64,000 nucleotides of DNA from a virus. The notes beneath the pieces are model-generated. The model was given only the letters and a program-made list of their open reading frames with translations. It did not search any database and was not told where the DNA came from. The position numbers were made by a program, and so were the translations under genes. This document shows, piece after piece, positions 25,719 through 34,186 of the stretch. The stretch's first letter is position 1; every line of letters begins with the position of its first letter. The stretch covers positions 1 to 64,000 of IMG/VR virus record IMGVR_UViG_3300042468_000945; one strand, given 5' to 3'.

Positions 25719-26619
25719 AGTCTCTTATATTTTTAGATTTAACATCTTTTAGTACGTAGTGTCCTTCTCGATAATCAGAATAAAAAGGAGTATAGTATTT
25801 TAATTTTGAATCATCAAAAGCAACGTGAGTAGCCTGGCTCCATCTTGTGCTTTCTGGATTTGTGATTTCTGACCCACCATGCAAAAGATTTGCGGCCCAT
25901 ATTAGTGCAGAACCTTTCTTACCTAAAAACTGTTCTTGTTTATATTGTTTAGCTTTAATCAAACTAGAAACAAAGTTCTCGTATTCAGTATAGTTATCTT
26001 TCTCTTGTTTATATTCTGTGTGAGCCATGTTTAAATCTTGAAACTCAAATATAGGTTCTTTATGTGATTTAGGGTAATAAACTAAAGGACCCTGTTCTGG
26101 ACCGATATCTTCTAAGGCAGTCCAAAAACCACACACCCACCTATGTGGCATAGAAGCAAAATGACAATGATCAGAGTGGGTCGGCTGATTACTACCTAAC
26201 TTAAAATTAATTGTTTGGAATGGCATAGCTGGTCTCCCATATAAAAACTCAATTATGCTCATAGCTCTGGCATTTTTTGCAAGATTTAAAACGTTTTGGT
26301 TCCACTTCCAAGCCTCAAAAATTCTTGGGCCATCGTTATAATGGAAATGACCTTCTTGAGTTTTTACTGCACCTTCCATGAGTTTATTGTCTAACTCTAA
26401 AACTAAGTCATCAATAAAAGTTTCCTCTAGATCTAAATCAATTACAGCATACCCATCAGAGTTAAAGTTTCTAGCTATTTTCTCTAATTCTTTAATATCA
26501 ACGTTAGTCGTGTTTTTTTGTTTTTCTTCTTCTAGTTTTACTTGTAGAAGGGTTTCAAAAAATGGTGATTCTACCCAAGGAATGTTTAGTGCTTCTGGGT
26601 CTATATTATAATTCTTCAT
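25705..26619 (-). CDS. phytanoyl-CoA dioxygenase (PhyH)-family Fe(II)/2-oxoglutarate dioxygenase
   Basis: QPTHSD (HxD), WTALEDI...GPLVYYPKSH, KKGSALIWAANLLHGG, TRWS. Confidence 0.9.
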   Translation of the reverse strand: MKNYNIDPEALNIPWVESPFFETLLQVKLEEEKQKNTTNVDIKELEKIARNFNSDGYAVIDLDLEETFIDDLVLELDNKLMEGAVKTQEGHFHYNDGPRIFEAWKWNQNVLNLAKNARAMSIIEFLYGRPAMPFQTINFKLGSNQPTHSDHCHFASMPHRWVCGFWTALEDIGPEQGPLVYYPKSHKEPIFEFQDLNMAHTEYKQEKDNYTEYENFVSSLIKAKQYKQEQFLGKKGSALIWAANLLHGGSEITNPESTRWSQATHVAFDDSKLKYYTPFYSDYREGHYVLKDVKSKNIRDYELH

Positions 26620-26620
26620 A

Positions 26621-27901
26621 TTAAAATCCTACTTTATATATGTGTGGTAATGTTAAATCAAAATTGTGTATGTGGTTGCATTGTGATTCGTGAGACATGT
26701 AATTAGAACAAAGTGGGGACACTCCCCTAAGATTTTCTATTGTCATACCGTGTTGGTAGTATATAGACGTAAATTTTTGTTCAATATATTCAAAGTCTCC
26801 ATAGCTAGTATTGTTGTTATGTGGTAAAGAACCTGTTTCTTTAGAAATAATATTTAAATTTTTAGTCGAAGCATAGCCACAACCCCCACCAGAGTGCATT
26901 CCTCCAACACAAGAAACTATAGGGGCTAAACTTACAAATCCGATATTAGGGGAAGATTCTAAAAGATTAATTGCTTCTTTAAACACACCCTCTCTCGTAA
27001 TAATAACATCATCCTCTAAGAAACAAAAGTAATCATAATCATTCTTATGTTTTTGATAAGCAAAATTATACCCAGCAAATGACCCACCTGTGTTTTCTCT
27101 GGTGTAACACAAATACTTTCCATTTTTTGAATTTGTGTTATTTAAAGAATCAACGTACAAATTACCTTCGTGAAATCCAGCTTGATTGTTAATTATAATT
27201 GTATCACAACTGACGCCAGGATCAATTTGTTCATCTGTATCAATATGGTGTTTCAGTAACTCCAATGTATTCTCGGGTGTGGTGGTATTGTTATTTCTTG
27301 GTCTTCTTGAACCAAAGTACGTTACAATAACTTTACAACATTTAGCATTATTATTCTTAGAAGTTTTTAAAATATTTTCTTTGTTTCTATCTTTTATGTG
27401 TTTTATTGGGTTACCAAACCAAATACTCCAAGGAGTTAATTGATTTTTAGTATATACAAAAGATTTTGCACCAATTGTACACCCAATAGGTAGTGTAACA
27501 TTTGGCATTACAATTACATCACTTGCAACTCCAGAGTAATCTTCAAATGTAATATCTCCTCTGTTTATTTTGTTACTACCCCAAAACTCATTAACAGGTC
27601 CAAAGTCCCCACTATAATCTTCGGAAGCACAAAATAACTTTGAACCATAACCAATAAAAGTCCAGTTACCTAAAGTTATTGTATGTTGATTTCCACCCCC
27701 GAGCACACAGTGGCTGGTTATTTGTATATTGTCTCCTGTCTTTAATCCTGTTGTTATCAAAGTAAAAGGATCAATTCGTACATTATTACCAAGAAAAACT
27801 TTACTTGGATTAGTAAAAATCACGTTTTTACCGATATAAACATTCTCACCACAGGAACCGAGTTGTGGTCTCCAATATTCAGTATCCCAGCCAATGCTCA
27901 T
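26621..27901 (-). CDS. hexapeptide (LbH) acyltransferase fused to a C-terminal GT-A-like domain
   Basis: N-terminal VYIGKNV/VFLGNNVRI/ITLGNWTFIG hexapeptide repeats; C-terminal NTGGSFAGY...FCFLEDDV. Confidence 0.85.
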   Translation of the reverse strand: MSIGWDTEYWRPQLGSCGENVYIGKNVIFTNPSKVFLGNNVRIDPFTLITTGLKTGDNIQITSHCVLGGGNQHTITLGNWTFIGYGSKLFCASEDYSGDFGPVNEFWGSNKINRGDITFEDYSGVASDVIVMPNVTLPIGCTIGAKSFVYTKNQLTPWSIWFGNPIKHIKDRNKENILKTSKNNNAKCCKVIVTYFGSRRPRNNNTTTPENTLELLKHHIDTDEQIDPGVSCDTIIINNQAGFHEGNLYVDSLNNTNSKNGKYLCYTRENTGGSFAGYNFAYQKHKNDYDYFCFLEDDVIITREGVFKEAINLLESSPNIGFVSLAPIVSCVGGMHSGGGCGYASTKNLNIISKETGSLPHNNNTSYGDFEYIEQKFTSIYYQHGMTIENLRGVSPLCSNYMSHESQCNHIHNFDLTLPHIYKVGF

Positions 27902-28290
27902 TATATATTTACCTCTAAGTAATTATTTCTTGTATTTGTTTTATATTGATCTGAAACTTGTTTGAGGAAATTTAAATTGTTTGACTCTAGATAAATTTTA
28001 TTAATTGAACCATATTCAATTGCTTTGGTTGAGCCAATTAAGAGTGGAATAATATCTTTGTTATAATCATCAGAAGATACATAACAACTAGCAACTACAG
28101 TATTAGGAGAATCAATAGGAGTTATAAACATAGCCCCCTGAACTTTTCCATCTATTTTTACTACATAAGAGAACTTTTGTGTTGTCACAAAATGAACCCA
28201 CTCAGTATAATTTAAAGAAGTGTTAAGCTTTTTGTGTATATTCTTTAAAGCACTATCGTTACAGCCAATTTTATCCAGTGTTATATTCAT
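27901..28290 (-). CDS. hypothetical protein, possible degenerate GNAT fold (ATG 28290 preferred to track start 28368)
   Basis: YVVKIDGKVQG...SCYVSSDDYNKDII loosely follows GNAT motif A. Confidence 0.5.
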   Translation of the reverse strand: MNITLDKIGCNDSALKNIHKKLNTSLNYTEWVHFVTTQKFSYVVKIDGKVQGAMFITPIDSPNTVVASCYVSSDDYNKDIIPLLIGSTKAIEYGSINKIYLESNNLNFLKQVSDQYKTNTRNNYLEVNI

Positions 28291-29140
28291 TTGAACCCCC
28301 AAATAATGGTTTAAGTAAAGGTGTAATAAAGTTAACATCAATATTTGTAACTGGCATATTAAGTTCAATTCCTAGTTGATTTGGAAATTGTGGTTTTGCT
28401 GATACTAACCAATTAGGTAAAGCACATGAAATAACAAGGAAATTTGCACCCACAGCAGCCGCTAAGAATCTTAGTCCTGTATCAACACTTAACACACCAT
28501 TAGATAAAGTCATTAAAGCAGCTATATGTTCAATAGGCTTACCGTACATTTTTGTATAGTTCCAATCACTAAACCTATCTTCTTCAAGTTCTTTTAATGA
28601 TCCCACTGCTACAGGTATAATTCCCATTCCATTCAAATAATCTGCAATCTGTTTCCAGTACATATTACTAAAACACTTGTTTGGTTTGTTTCCTTGGTCG
28701 TCATTATGTGAAGTACATGACCAACTATGTCTGCCAATTAAAATAAATGGTTTACCACCTAATTCTGTTTCAAAGATTTGTTTTGCGGCATCTAAATCTT
28801 CTTGTGTCGGAACATAAATATAATCCTTATTGATTAAAGGAATACTTAATTGTGAAGCAAACGCGTCTATCATAGGTACGTGTGCTTGTAAACCAACATC
28901 CATTGCTTTAACACAACTTAAAACTACATCTGATTCTTGTTTATCACCAATTAAAATATTATCAATGTAAGGATTTCTTGAATGAATTAGGGAACTTACA
29001 CTACCTTCTTTACACCTATAATTAATTTCTAAGTCTGGACGATATATTTTTAAATTCCTAATTGTAGGTGACTGCATAATAGCATCACCAATAAGATCAT
29101 CACTAAAGAATGTTAAAGATTTAATTAGTTCGTTATTCAT
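28271..29140 (-). CDS. GT9 (heptosyltransferase-like, GT-B) glycosyltransferase
   Basis: IGDAIMQSPTIRNLK, W..IADYL, IAALMTLSNGVLSVDTGLRFLAAAVG. Confidence 0.88.
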   Translation of the reverse strand: MNNELIKSLTFFSDDLIGDAIMQSPTIRNLKIYRPDLEINYRCKEGSVSSLIHSRNPYIDNILIGDKQESDVVLSCVKAMDVGLQAHVPMIDAFASQLSIPLINKDYIYVPTQEDLDAAKQIFETELGGKPFILIGRHSWSCTSHNDDQGNKPNKCFSNMYWKQIADYLNGMGIIPVAVGSLKELEEDRFSDWNYTKMYGKPIEHIAALMTLSNGVLSVDTGLRFLAAAVGANFLVISCALPNWLVSAKPQFPNQLGIELNMPVTNIDVNFITPLLKPLFGGSNEYNTG

Positions 29141-29930
29141 TAATTGCTCCAATAAATTTGGGTTCAAGTAAGCCAGGGACAACTAGTTCATTAGTAGGTT
29201 CCCACAGAAGCTCTAAATTAAAATTGGCTAACCACCCCAGGTCATGATTCCATGATTTACCTGCTTGGTGCTCTACACCAGGATAATTTACATATACTGT
29301 TTTAAACCCAGCTTTCCTAGCATCATTAGAAAATAGTCTATCACTTCCTATATGTGCAAGCCCTTTAAATGGTGCAAACTCTGGGTATGTGGTTGTTGGA
29401 CCACCTAAATCAGTTTCACAAAAGACACCAATCGTTTCAAAAACCTCTTTCTTAACACAGAACATATGTCCAGTTACATATCCAGGATCTTCTACATATG
29501 TTAATAATGGGTCGCCATGTTGAGGAGAATCAGTATACCCAGCAATACCAATAGTAGGATCATCTTCAAATGCTTTTAATAACATCTCAAAACAACCTTC
29601 TTTTAAATCACAATCACTATTAACAATAAAGTAGTGAGTTAATTCAGGGTCCCACATGTATAAATTTCTTATTCCAATATTAACAGTACGAGTGAATAAT
29701 TGTTGCTGTTTCCACGATACACCATAAAATTTACCATTTTTTTTAGTTTTTATTACAGCCATTGTCCTATCTAAAGTTTCTTGGTTTGATGCATCTTGTA
29801 CAGTTATACCTGTCATACCATACTTATTACTATAGTTTTCAACAATAAAAGATAAAGATCGTTCTACATAATCAGGAGCATTATGTATAGGCATTACCCA
29901 ACCGCAATTACTTAATTTGTTATTATCCAT
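29133..29930 (-). CDS. GT2 glycosyltransferase
   Basis: VMPIHNAP, IVNSDC, GHMFCVKKEVFETIG, GSDRLFS...AGFK...VEH. Confidence 0.85.
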   Translation of the reverse strand: MDNNKLSNCGWVMPIHNAPDYVERSLSFIVENYSNKYGMTGITVQDASNQETLDRTMAVIKTKKNGKFYGVSWKQQQLFTRTVNIGIRNLYMWDPELTHYFIVNSDCDLKEGCFEMLLKAFEDDPTIGIAGYTDSPQHGDPLLTYVEDPGYVTGHMFCVKKEVFETIGVFCETDLGGPTTTYPEFAPFKGLAHIGSDRLFSNDARKAGFKTVYVNYPGVEHQAGKSWNHDLGWLANFNLELLWEPTNELVVPGLLEPKFIGAINE

Positions 29931-29931
29931 G

Positions 29932-30615
29932 TTATTTTCTGTCTATAACTAGTGTAGGTTTATATAAAATTGATTCATCAATTTCTATCTCTTTAAAACG
30001 ATTTTTTATTTGTTTTGATACAACAGAACTAACTCTATTTAATTCTTCCCACAGTCTGGTGGAAGAGTTTAGCTCTACTTTAATGTATTTGGGTTCTTTT
30101 CTATTTCTAACAATGTTAGTTATTTTTTCAACTAACTCTTCTGAGAATTCTACTTCAAAATTATTTGGAGTTTTTAATTTTCTTCCATATAAACCAAAAA
30201 CAATATCAACTACTGGGAGATCTTTATGGAATCCCAGCATATTATCAATACTGCATGCTCTAGCCCATATCTTACAAGACGTGGTATAGTTTGTAACTAC
30301 AACAGGACCTATCTTTAAAAGGTTGGCTATTTCAATCCTTTTTTCCTGTATGTTTGCGGCATACATATGGAACCACCAATGCTTTTCTTTTTCTAGGTTT
30401 TTTGGGTTTTTGGACATGATCTCAATCAATGCCCTTCCAGTATAACTACCGTAATCAAGAAAAGGAAGACATACAACATTCCCGCCAATCTTCTTGGCTA
30501 TTAGCTGTGCAATAAGCCTTTTACCGCAATCAGGAGTTCCTGTTATTTCAATTAGGGGGTGTTGAGGTATCGGACTCTTTAACCCATGCAGTTTTTTTGT
30601 TCGTCTTTTCCTCAA
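29932..30615 (-). CDS. thymidylate-kinase-like P-loop protein, catalytically degenerate
   Basis: IEITGTPDCGKR, MYAAN, VVVTNY and LPVVDIV follow the dTMP-kinase layout, but the key residues are changed. Confidence 0.65.
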   Translation of the reverse strand: MRKRRTKKLHGLKSPIPQHPLIEITGTPDCGKRLIAQLIAKKIGGNVVCLPFLDYGSYTGRALIEIMSKNPKNLEKEKHWWFHMYAANIQEKRIEIANLLKIGPVVVTNYTTSCKIWARACSIDNMLGFHKDLPVVDIVFGLYGRKLKTPNNFEVEFSEELVEKITNIVRNRKEPKYIKVELNSSTRLWEELNRVSSVVSKQIKNRFKEIEIDESILYKPTLVIDRK

Positions 30616-30874
30616 TTATATCTTCCTCAATGTTAAGTTCTTTTTTATATCTTTTAACAATTGTAATTACAGGTATTGCACTAATTATGTATCTGTTAGC
30701 TGTTAGTACAATTAAAGTAAATGCTCTTCTTCCTTTTGTAAGGTTAAGGATTGCTGTAGGTCTTTCAAGTTCTACTAGTTTAATTATCTTCTTAATTGCG
30801 CGAACCTTGTAATCAAGAATAGCTACAATTTGATCAGCTGGTATGAAGTTATTAAATCCGACATGTATTAACAT
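30548..30874 (-). CDS. remA: RemA/DUF370 family (extracellular-matrix regulator homologue)
   Basis: LIHVGFNNFIPADQIVAI...LNLTKGRRAFTLIVL..NRYIISAI aligns end to end with RemA (LINIGFGN...IIAI...DATYGRRTRAVII...ILSA). Confidence 0.82.
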   Translation of the reverse strand: MLIHVGFNNFIPADQIVAILDYKVRAIKKIIKLVELERPTAILNLTKGRRAFTLIVLTANRYIISAIPVITIVKRYKKELNIEEDIIEEKTNKKTAWVKESDTSTPPN

Positions 30875-31290
30875 TAAAGTAAACCATTCAATTTTGCTTT
30901 GTCAACATCAGAAAGTTCCATGTACACATCTTCCTCTGTGACTCTACCACCCCATTGCTTGAGTACTTCAACTGATTCTTGGTACTCTTGGTAGTCTCCA
31001 GGAGACATGCCCATAGAAGTAGGTGTTGCGTCTGGGTGAGAAAAAGGATTATTTAATGCTTTCTGAATTACTTTAATAGCTTTTTGAATATCTGGTTGGA
31101 ATTCTCCTTCTGCTAAATACCCTCCAAGCTGTTGTGCTGGTCTAACTCTTGATTCACATACATTACACATTAGCATATGCTTATCATAGTTTTGGCATTT
31201 ATTAGAGACAGTACAACGAGAAAACATTGGACACCTGTTCTTTAGGTTTGTAGGGTAAAAATATCCTCTTGCTATACTAGGTAGTTGCAT
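30874..31290 (-). CDS. hypothetical protein with five N-terminal Cys (putative metal-binding)
   Basis: CPMFSRCTVSNKCQNYDKHMLMCNVC. Confidence 0.7.
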   Translation of the reverse strand: MQLPSIARGYFYPTNLKNRCPMFSRCTVSNKCQNYDKHMLMCNVCESRVRPAQQLGGYLAEGEFQPDIQKAIKVIQKALNNPFSHPDATPTSMGMSPGDYQEYQESVEVLKQWGGRVTEEDVYMELSDVDKAKLNGLL

Positions 31291-31721
31291 TAAATTTCCT
31301 CAACGGTTCCTGGATTAGAAAGCTTCTCAATCCCGTCAATTTGATCTTCAAGTTCTTGTAATCTAGCTACAATCCTTCTTAGTGATTGTGTAAGCCAATC
31401 ATAAGTTACTGGTTGAAGTGCTACCTCATTTTCAGGGAGCGTATCAAGATTTGTTCTCCAGTCTGAGAGATACTGATAGAAGTCAGTTAGGAATTCTTTT
31501 TCCATTACTAAACCAATAATCGTAGTACCTTCAAATTCTTGAAGCATTTTATTAACTACATTTACACCCTCATGTGCGGTATTCTTTGAAAGGGTAAAAG
31601 CACGTTCAATTAATTGATCTCGATTTTGTGGAGACCATGAATCTTTATTTGCAAGTTCTTCTATATCTTCTTTGAAGATAGGAAGAGTTTCATTTAACAA
31701 AATTTTATCTAGTGTTGACAT
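31290..31721 (-). CDS. hypothetical protein
   Basis: 143-aa ORF, TAATG-coupled. Confidence 0.7.
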   Translation of the reverse strand: MSTLDKILLNETLPIFKEDIEELANKDSWSPQNRDQLIERAFTLSKNTAHEGVNVVNKMLQEFEGTTIIGLVMEKEFLTDFYQYLSDWRTNLDTLPENEVALQPVTYDWLTQSLRRIVARLQELEDQIDGIEKLSNPGTVEEI

Positions 31722-32023
31722 TATTTTACCCAGCTGTGCTCATATTTTTCATGAAGAGTTTTTACATTCTGGAAGAGGTGGTTTTCTAATTTCTGTGCTG
31801 ATTCAATACTCTTTCTTTTTGTAATAAACCAGTATAGGCTCTGTAGGAATGGTTTTGGAAGTGGAGGTTGATTAGGAATAGTATTTTGATTTAAAACTGT
31901 TGTTAATGTTTCTAACAACAGTTCTGCTTCACTATACTTTTTTGCAACCATTAACCTAGTAATTTGAGAATTGATTTTATTAATATATTCAACAACACGA
32001 CGGCTATTAATCATTACTAACAA
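31721..32023 (-). CDS. hypothetical protein
   Basis: 100-aa ORF, TAATG-coupled. Confidence 0.65.
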   Translation of the reverse strand: MLVMINSRRVVEYINKINSQITRLMVAKKYSEAELLLETLTTVLNQNTIPNQPPLPKPFLQSLYWFITKRKSIESAQKLENHLFQNVKTLHEKYEHSWVK

Positions 32024-32600
32024 GTTCTCCGTAAATATCTGTGTGCATTATGAGGTATCTTTTTTCATTGAAACCTAATGGCTCCAAATCAACAATTAAA
32101 GTATTATATGGGTTAAACACAACAGTAGAGCCTACTGATACTTGGTGCTCAATTGGATTACCTGTTGCATCAGTCCAACCATAACCTAAACTCTTTACAA
32201 CACCCAAAGCAGGTGGGACAGTTTTTGAGTCTGGCATTAAAATTAAAGAGTCTTCTTCTTTTGTTTCAATCTTTTCAATTTCAATGTAGTTACCCAAAGG
32301 TTTGAGGGTTAAGTTTTCTAAGTCTATTTTACACATTATATCTAATTCAGAGGCAACATAAAAAGGATCAGAATTTGGTAATTCAACAACTTCTTTTCCG
32401 TGTGCCATTACATAAACTGTATCTTCTTGTTTCAGTTGAGAGGGTTGAATCTTACCATTAAAGTCAGGGAAGCCAGGACCAACATCTAAAACTTTACCCC
32501 ATCTATATTCTTTCTTTGCACTGTCAATACTAACAATGTCAGGGTTTGCGTCGTCTATAAGATTAAATGTCAAATAATTATTAACAGGTTTGATTTTCAT
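32007..32600 (-). CDS. groES: co-chaperonin with two tandem GroES (Cpn10) domains
   Basis: KIKPVNN...GKVLDVGPG...DTVYV (domain 1) and LKPLGN...GVVKSLGYG...VSVGSTVVF (domain 2). Confidence 0.9.
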   Translation of the reverse strand: MKIKPVNNYLTFNLIDDANPDIVSIDSAKKEYRWGKVLDVGPGFPDFNGKIQPSQLKQEDTVYVMAHGKEVVELPNSDPFYVASELDIMCKIDLENLTLKPLGNYIEIEKIETKEEDSLILMPDSKTVPPALGVVKSLGYGWTDATGNPIEHQVSVGSTVVFNPYNTLIVDLEPLGFNEKRYLIMHTDIYGELVSND

Positions 32601-32606
32601 ATTATT

Positions 32607-33035
32607 TTATTCAGAATCCATATCCTCAGATTCTTCTGGAGGAAGAGGTTTTGGTTTCTTCTTATTTGTTGGTTTCTTTTTTTCAGTTGCTTCTGCTTCT
32701 TCTTTTGCAAAATCAGCTGAAATCATTTCTTGAATTTTGCTAAATTCAGCATCAACCCTTCTCTTTTCTACTGTAGTCATAATTTGAACTGTGCTATTTA
32801 GAAGAGTTGCTAACATAAACAATGTATCTTTTGGTAGAGAAGTTGACAAAATAGTTTCCAACATCTTAGCATCTCTGTAAGAGTCTGCTGTTGAGATATT
32901 TCCTGTAGGAGAAAACAGGACTACTTGTGGGTTGTTTCTTGTTGCGGAAACAAATACAGATTCTACGCTTACTGTAACGGGTGTGTTGTTAGGAATGGCG
33001 TCGCCATCTTCGTCGTAAAGTGCATCAAAATTCAT
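32607..33035 (-). CDS. hypothetical protein
   Basis: 142-aa ORF. Confidence 0.7.
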   Translation of the reverse strand: MNFDALYDEDGDAIPNNTPVTVSVESVFVSATRNNPQVVLFSPTGNISTADSYRDAKMLETILSTSLPKDTLFMLATLLNSTVQIMTTVEKRRVDAEFSKIQEMISADFAKEEAEATEKKKPTNKKKPKPLPPEESEDMDSE

Positions 33036-33403
33036 TAACTTAAAACCTCATAACTAAAAGCTCTATTACCTTTTACAGAAATATCTTTTACAGCTGGTCC
33101 AATACCTTTTTCAATGTATTCTCTCCAATCTTTATAACCACTAGCAACCCCGTTAGAGGTTGTCCAAACAAATGCAGTATCAAGATACTCCGTTAAGTTT
33201 AGTGTTGGGATTCTACTTGGATTTTTAATTGACCTAATTGTTTCTGAAATACCAAAAGCGGTTATACTTACTTCTGGTTTATCAGCACCATTAAATTTAA
33301 CAGCCAATTTAACTGTGTCACCCTCTTCAGTACTAATAGTTAGAAACCTAGTAAATGCTTCTTCTATTGTTGGTCTAACTAACTTTCTATGAAAATTACT
33401 CAT
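33035..33403 (-). CDS. hypothetical protein
   Basis: 122-aa ORF. Confidence 0.7.
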   Translation of the reverse strand: MSNFHRKLVRPTIEEAFTRFLTISTEEGDTVKLAVKFNGADKPEVSITAFGISETIRSIKNPSRIPTLNLTEYLDTAFVWTTSNGVASGYKDWREYIEKGIGPAVKDISVKGNRAFSYEVLS

Positions 33404-34082
33404 TTATATTATTTAAAACTTCCTTTATTTTCTCAATTGACTGTTGTAATTTTTTTGTTGACAATTTTAATTCTCTTTTAATGTCAATCCTAGTGTAACC
33501 TTCAGACAACATAATTGATACTATTCTTTCTAAACTTTCATTTTCAAATAAACCAGGATATGGTTCACTCCCATAATTCTTTAAATCTTGAACTAATGAG
33601 GAGCTTTGAGCATAATCAAATTCTTTAATTTTTAAAATTTTCTTCTTAGCATTAATTTTATTTCTAACAAGAAAACGTAAACTAATAGTAATATAGTTAT
33701 ATACTCTTTTATTTAAATCTCTTAAATTTAGTTCTTGATCTGAAAGAGAAGTTGTTGATTTTGGAATTAGTGTTGGATAAACAGAACAAAGCTCCGAACA
33801 TGGATTAGTCCTTACAGATTGAATATAATCAATTAACTCATTATAAGATAACTTCTTACAGATTATATTATAAACCATACTCTTTGCTTCTTGTACGAAA
33901 TCATCATTATCCTCTTCAGTCTGAAAATATAATTTACCTGCTTTTCTGAAGGAAAGGTTAATTAGTTTATTGACTGTTTCAATTGTCTGAAAATCGTTAT
34001 TTAAAGGGTCCAGTTTAAATTTAAGTATTTGTAGAATTAACTGTGTTTCTCTACTAATTGGCTTACTCTTTAATTTTGTCAT
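33396..34082 (-). CDS. ECF-like sigma factor or HTH transcription factor
   Basis: EDNDDFVQEAKSMVY (region-2-like); C-terminal EGYTRIDIKRELKLS...LQQSIEKIK (region-4 HTH-like). Confidence 0.55.
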   Translation of the reverse strand: MTKLKSKPISRETQLILQILKFKLDPLNNDFQTIETVNKLINLSFRKAGKLYFQTEEDNDDFVQEAKSMVYNIICKKLSYNELIDYIQSVRTNPCSELCSVYPTLIPKSTTSLSDQELNLRDLNKRVYNYITISLRFLVRNKINAKKKILKIKEFDYAQSSSLVQDLKNYGSEPYPGLFENESLERIVSIMLSEGYTRIDIKRELKLSTKKLQQSIEKIKEVLNNINE

Positions 34083-34186
34083 AATACTGTTGTGTTGTTA
34101 TTCTTTAGTATATATATACTATATACGTTTAAAATTACAAAAATTGCTGAAAAACAACAAAAATTGTGAAAAAACTGGTAATTATA
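34083..34186 (-). promoter_or_regulatory. largest intergenic gap: AT-rich putative promoter with phased A-tracts, a 20-nt-period direct repeat and a 16-bp palindrome
   Basis: ACAAAAATTGCTGAAAAAC (34137) and ACAAAAATTGTGAAAAAAC (34157); TAGTATATATATACTA at 34106-34121. Confidence 0.55.

Noticed and set aside
23188-30615. The cluster as a DNA hypermodification pathway (dioxygenase + GT + kinase)
   Set aside because: Demoted, not excluded: the dioxygenase is PhyH-type rather than TET/JBP, the kinase is degenerate, and no hydroxymethylase or methyltransferase is in the window. Nucleoside LC-MS would decide.
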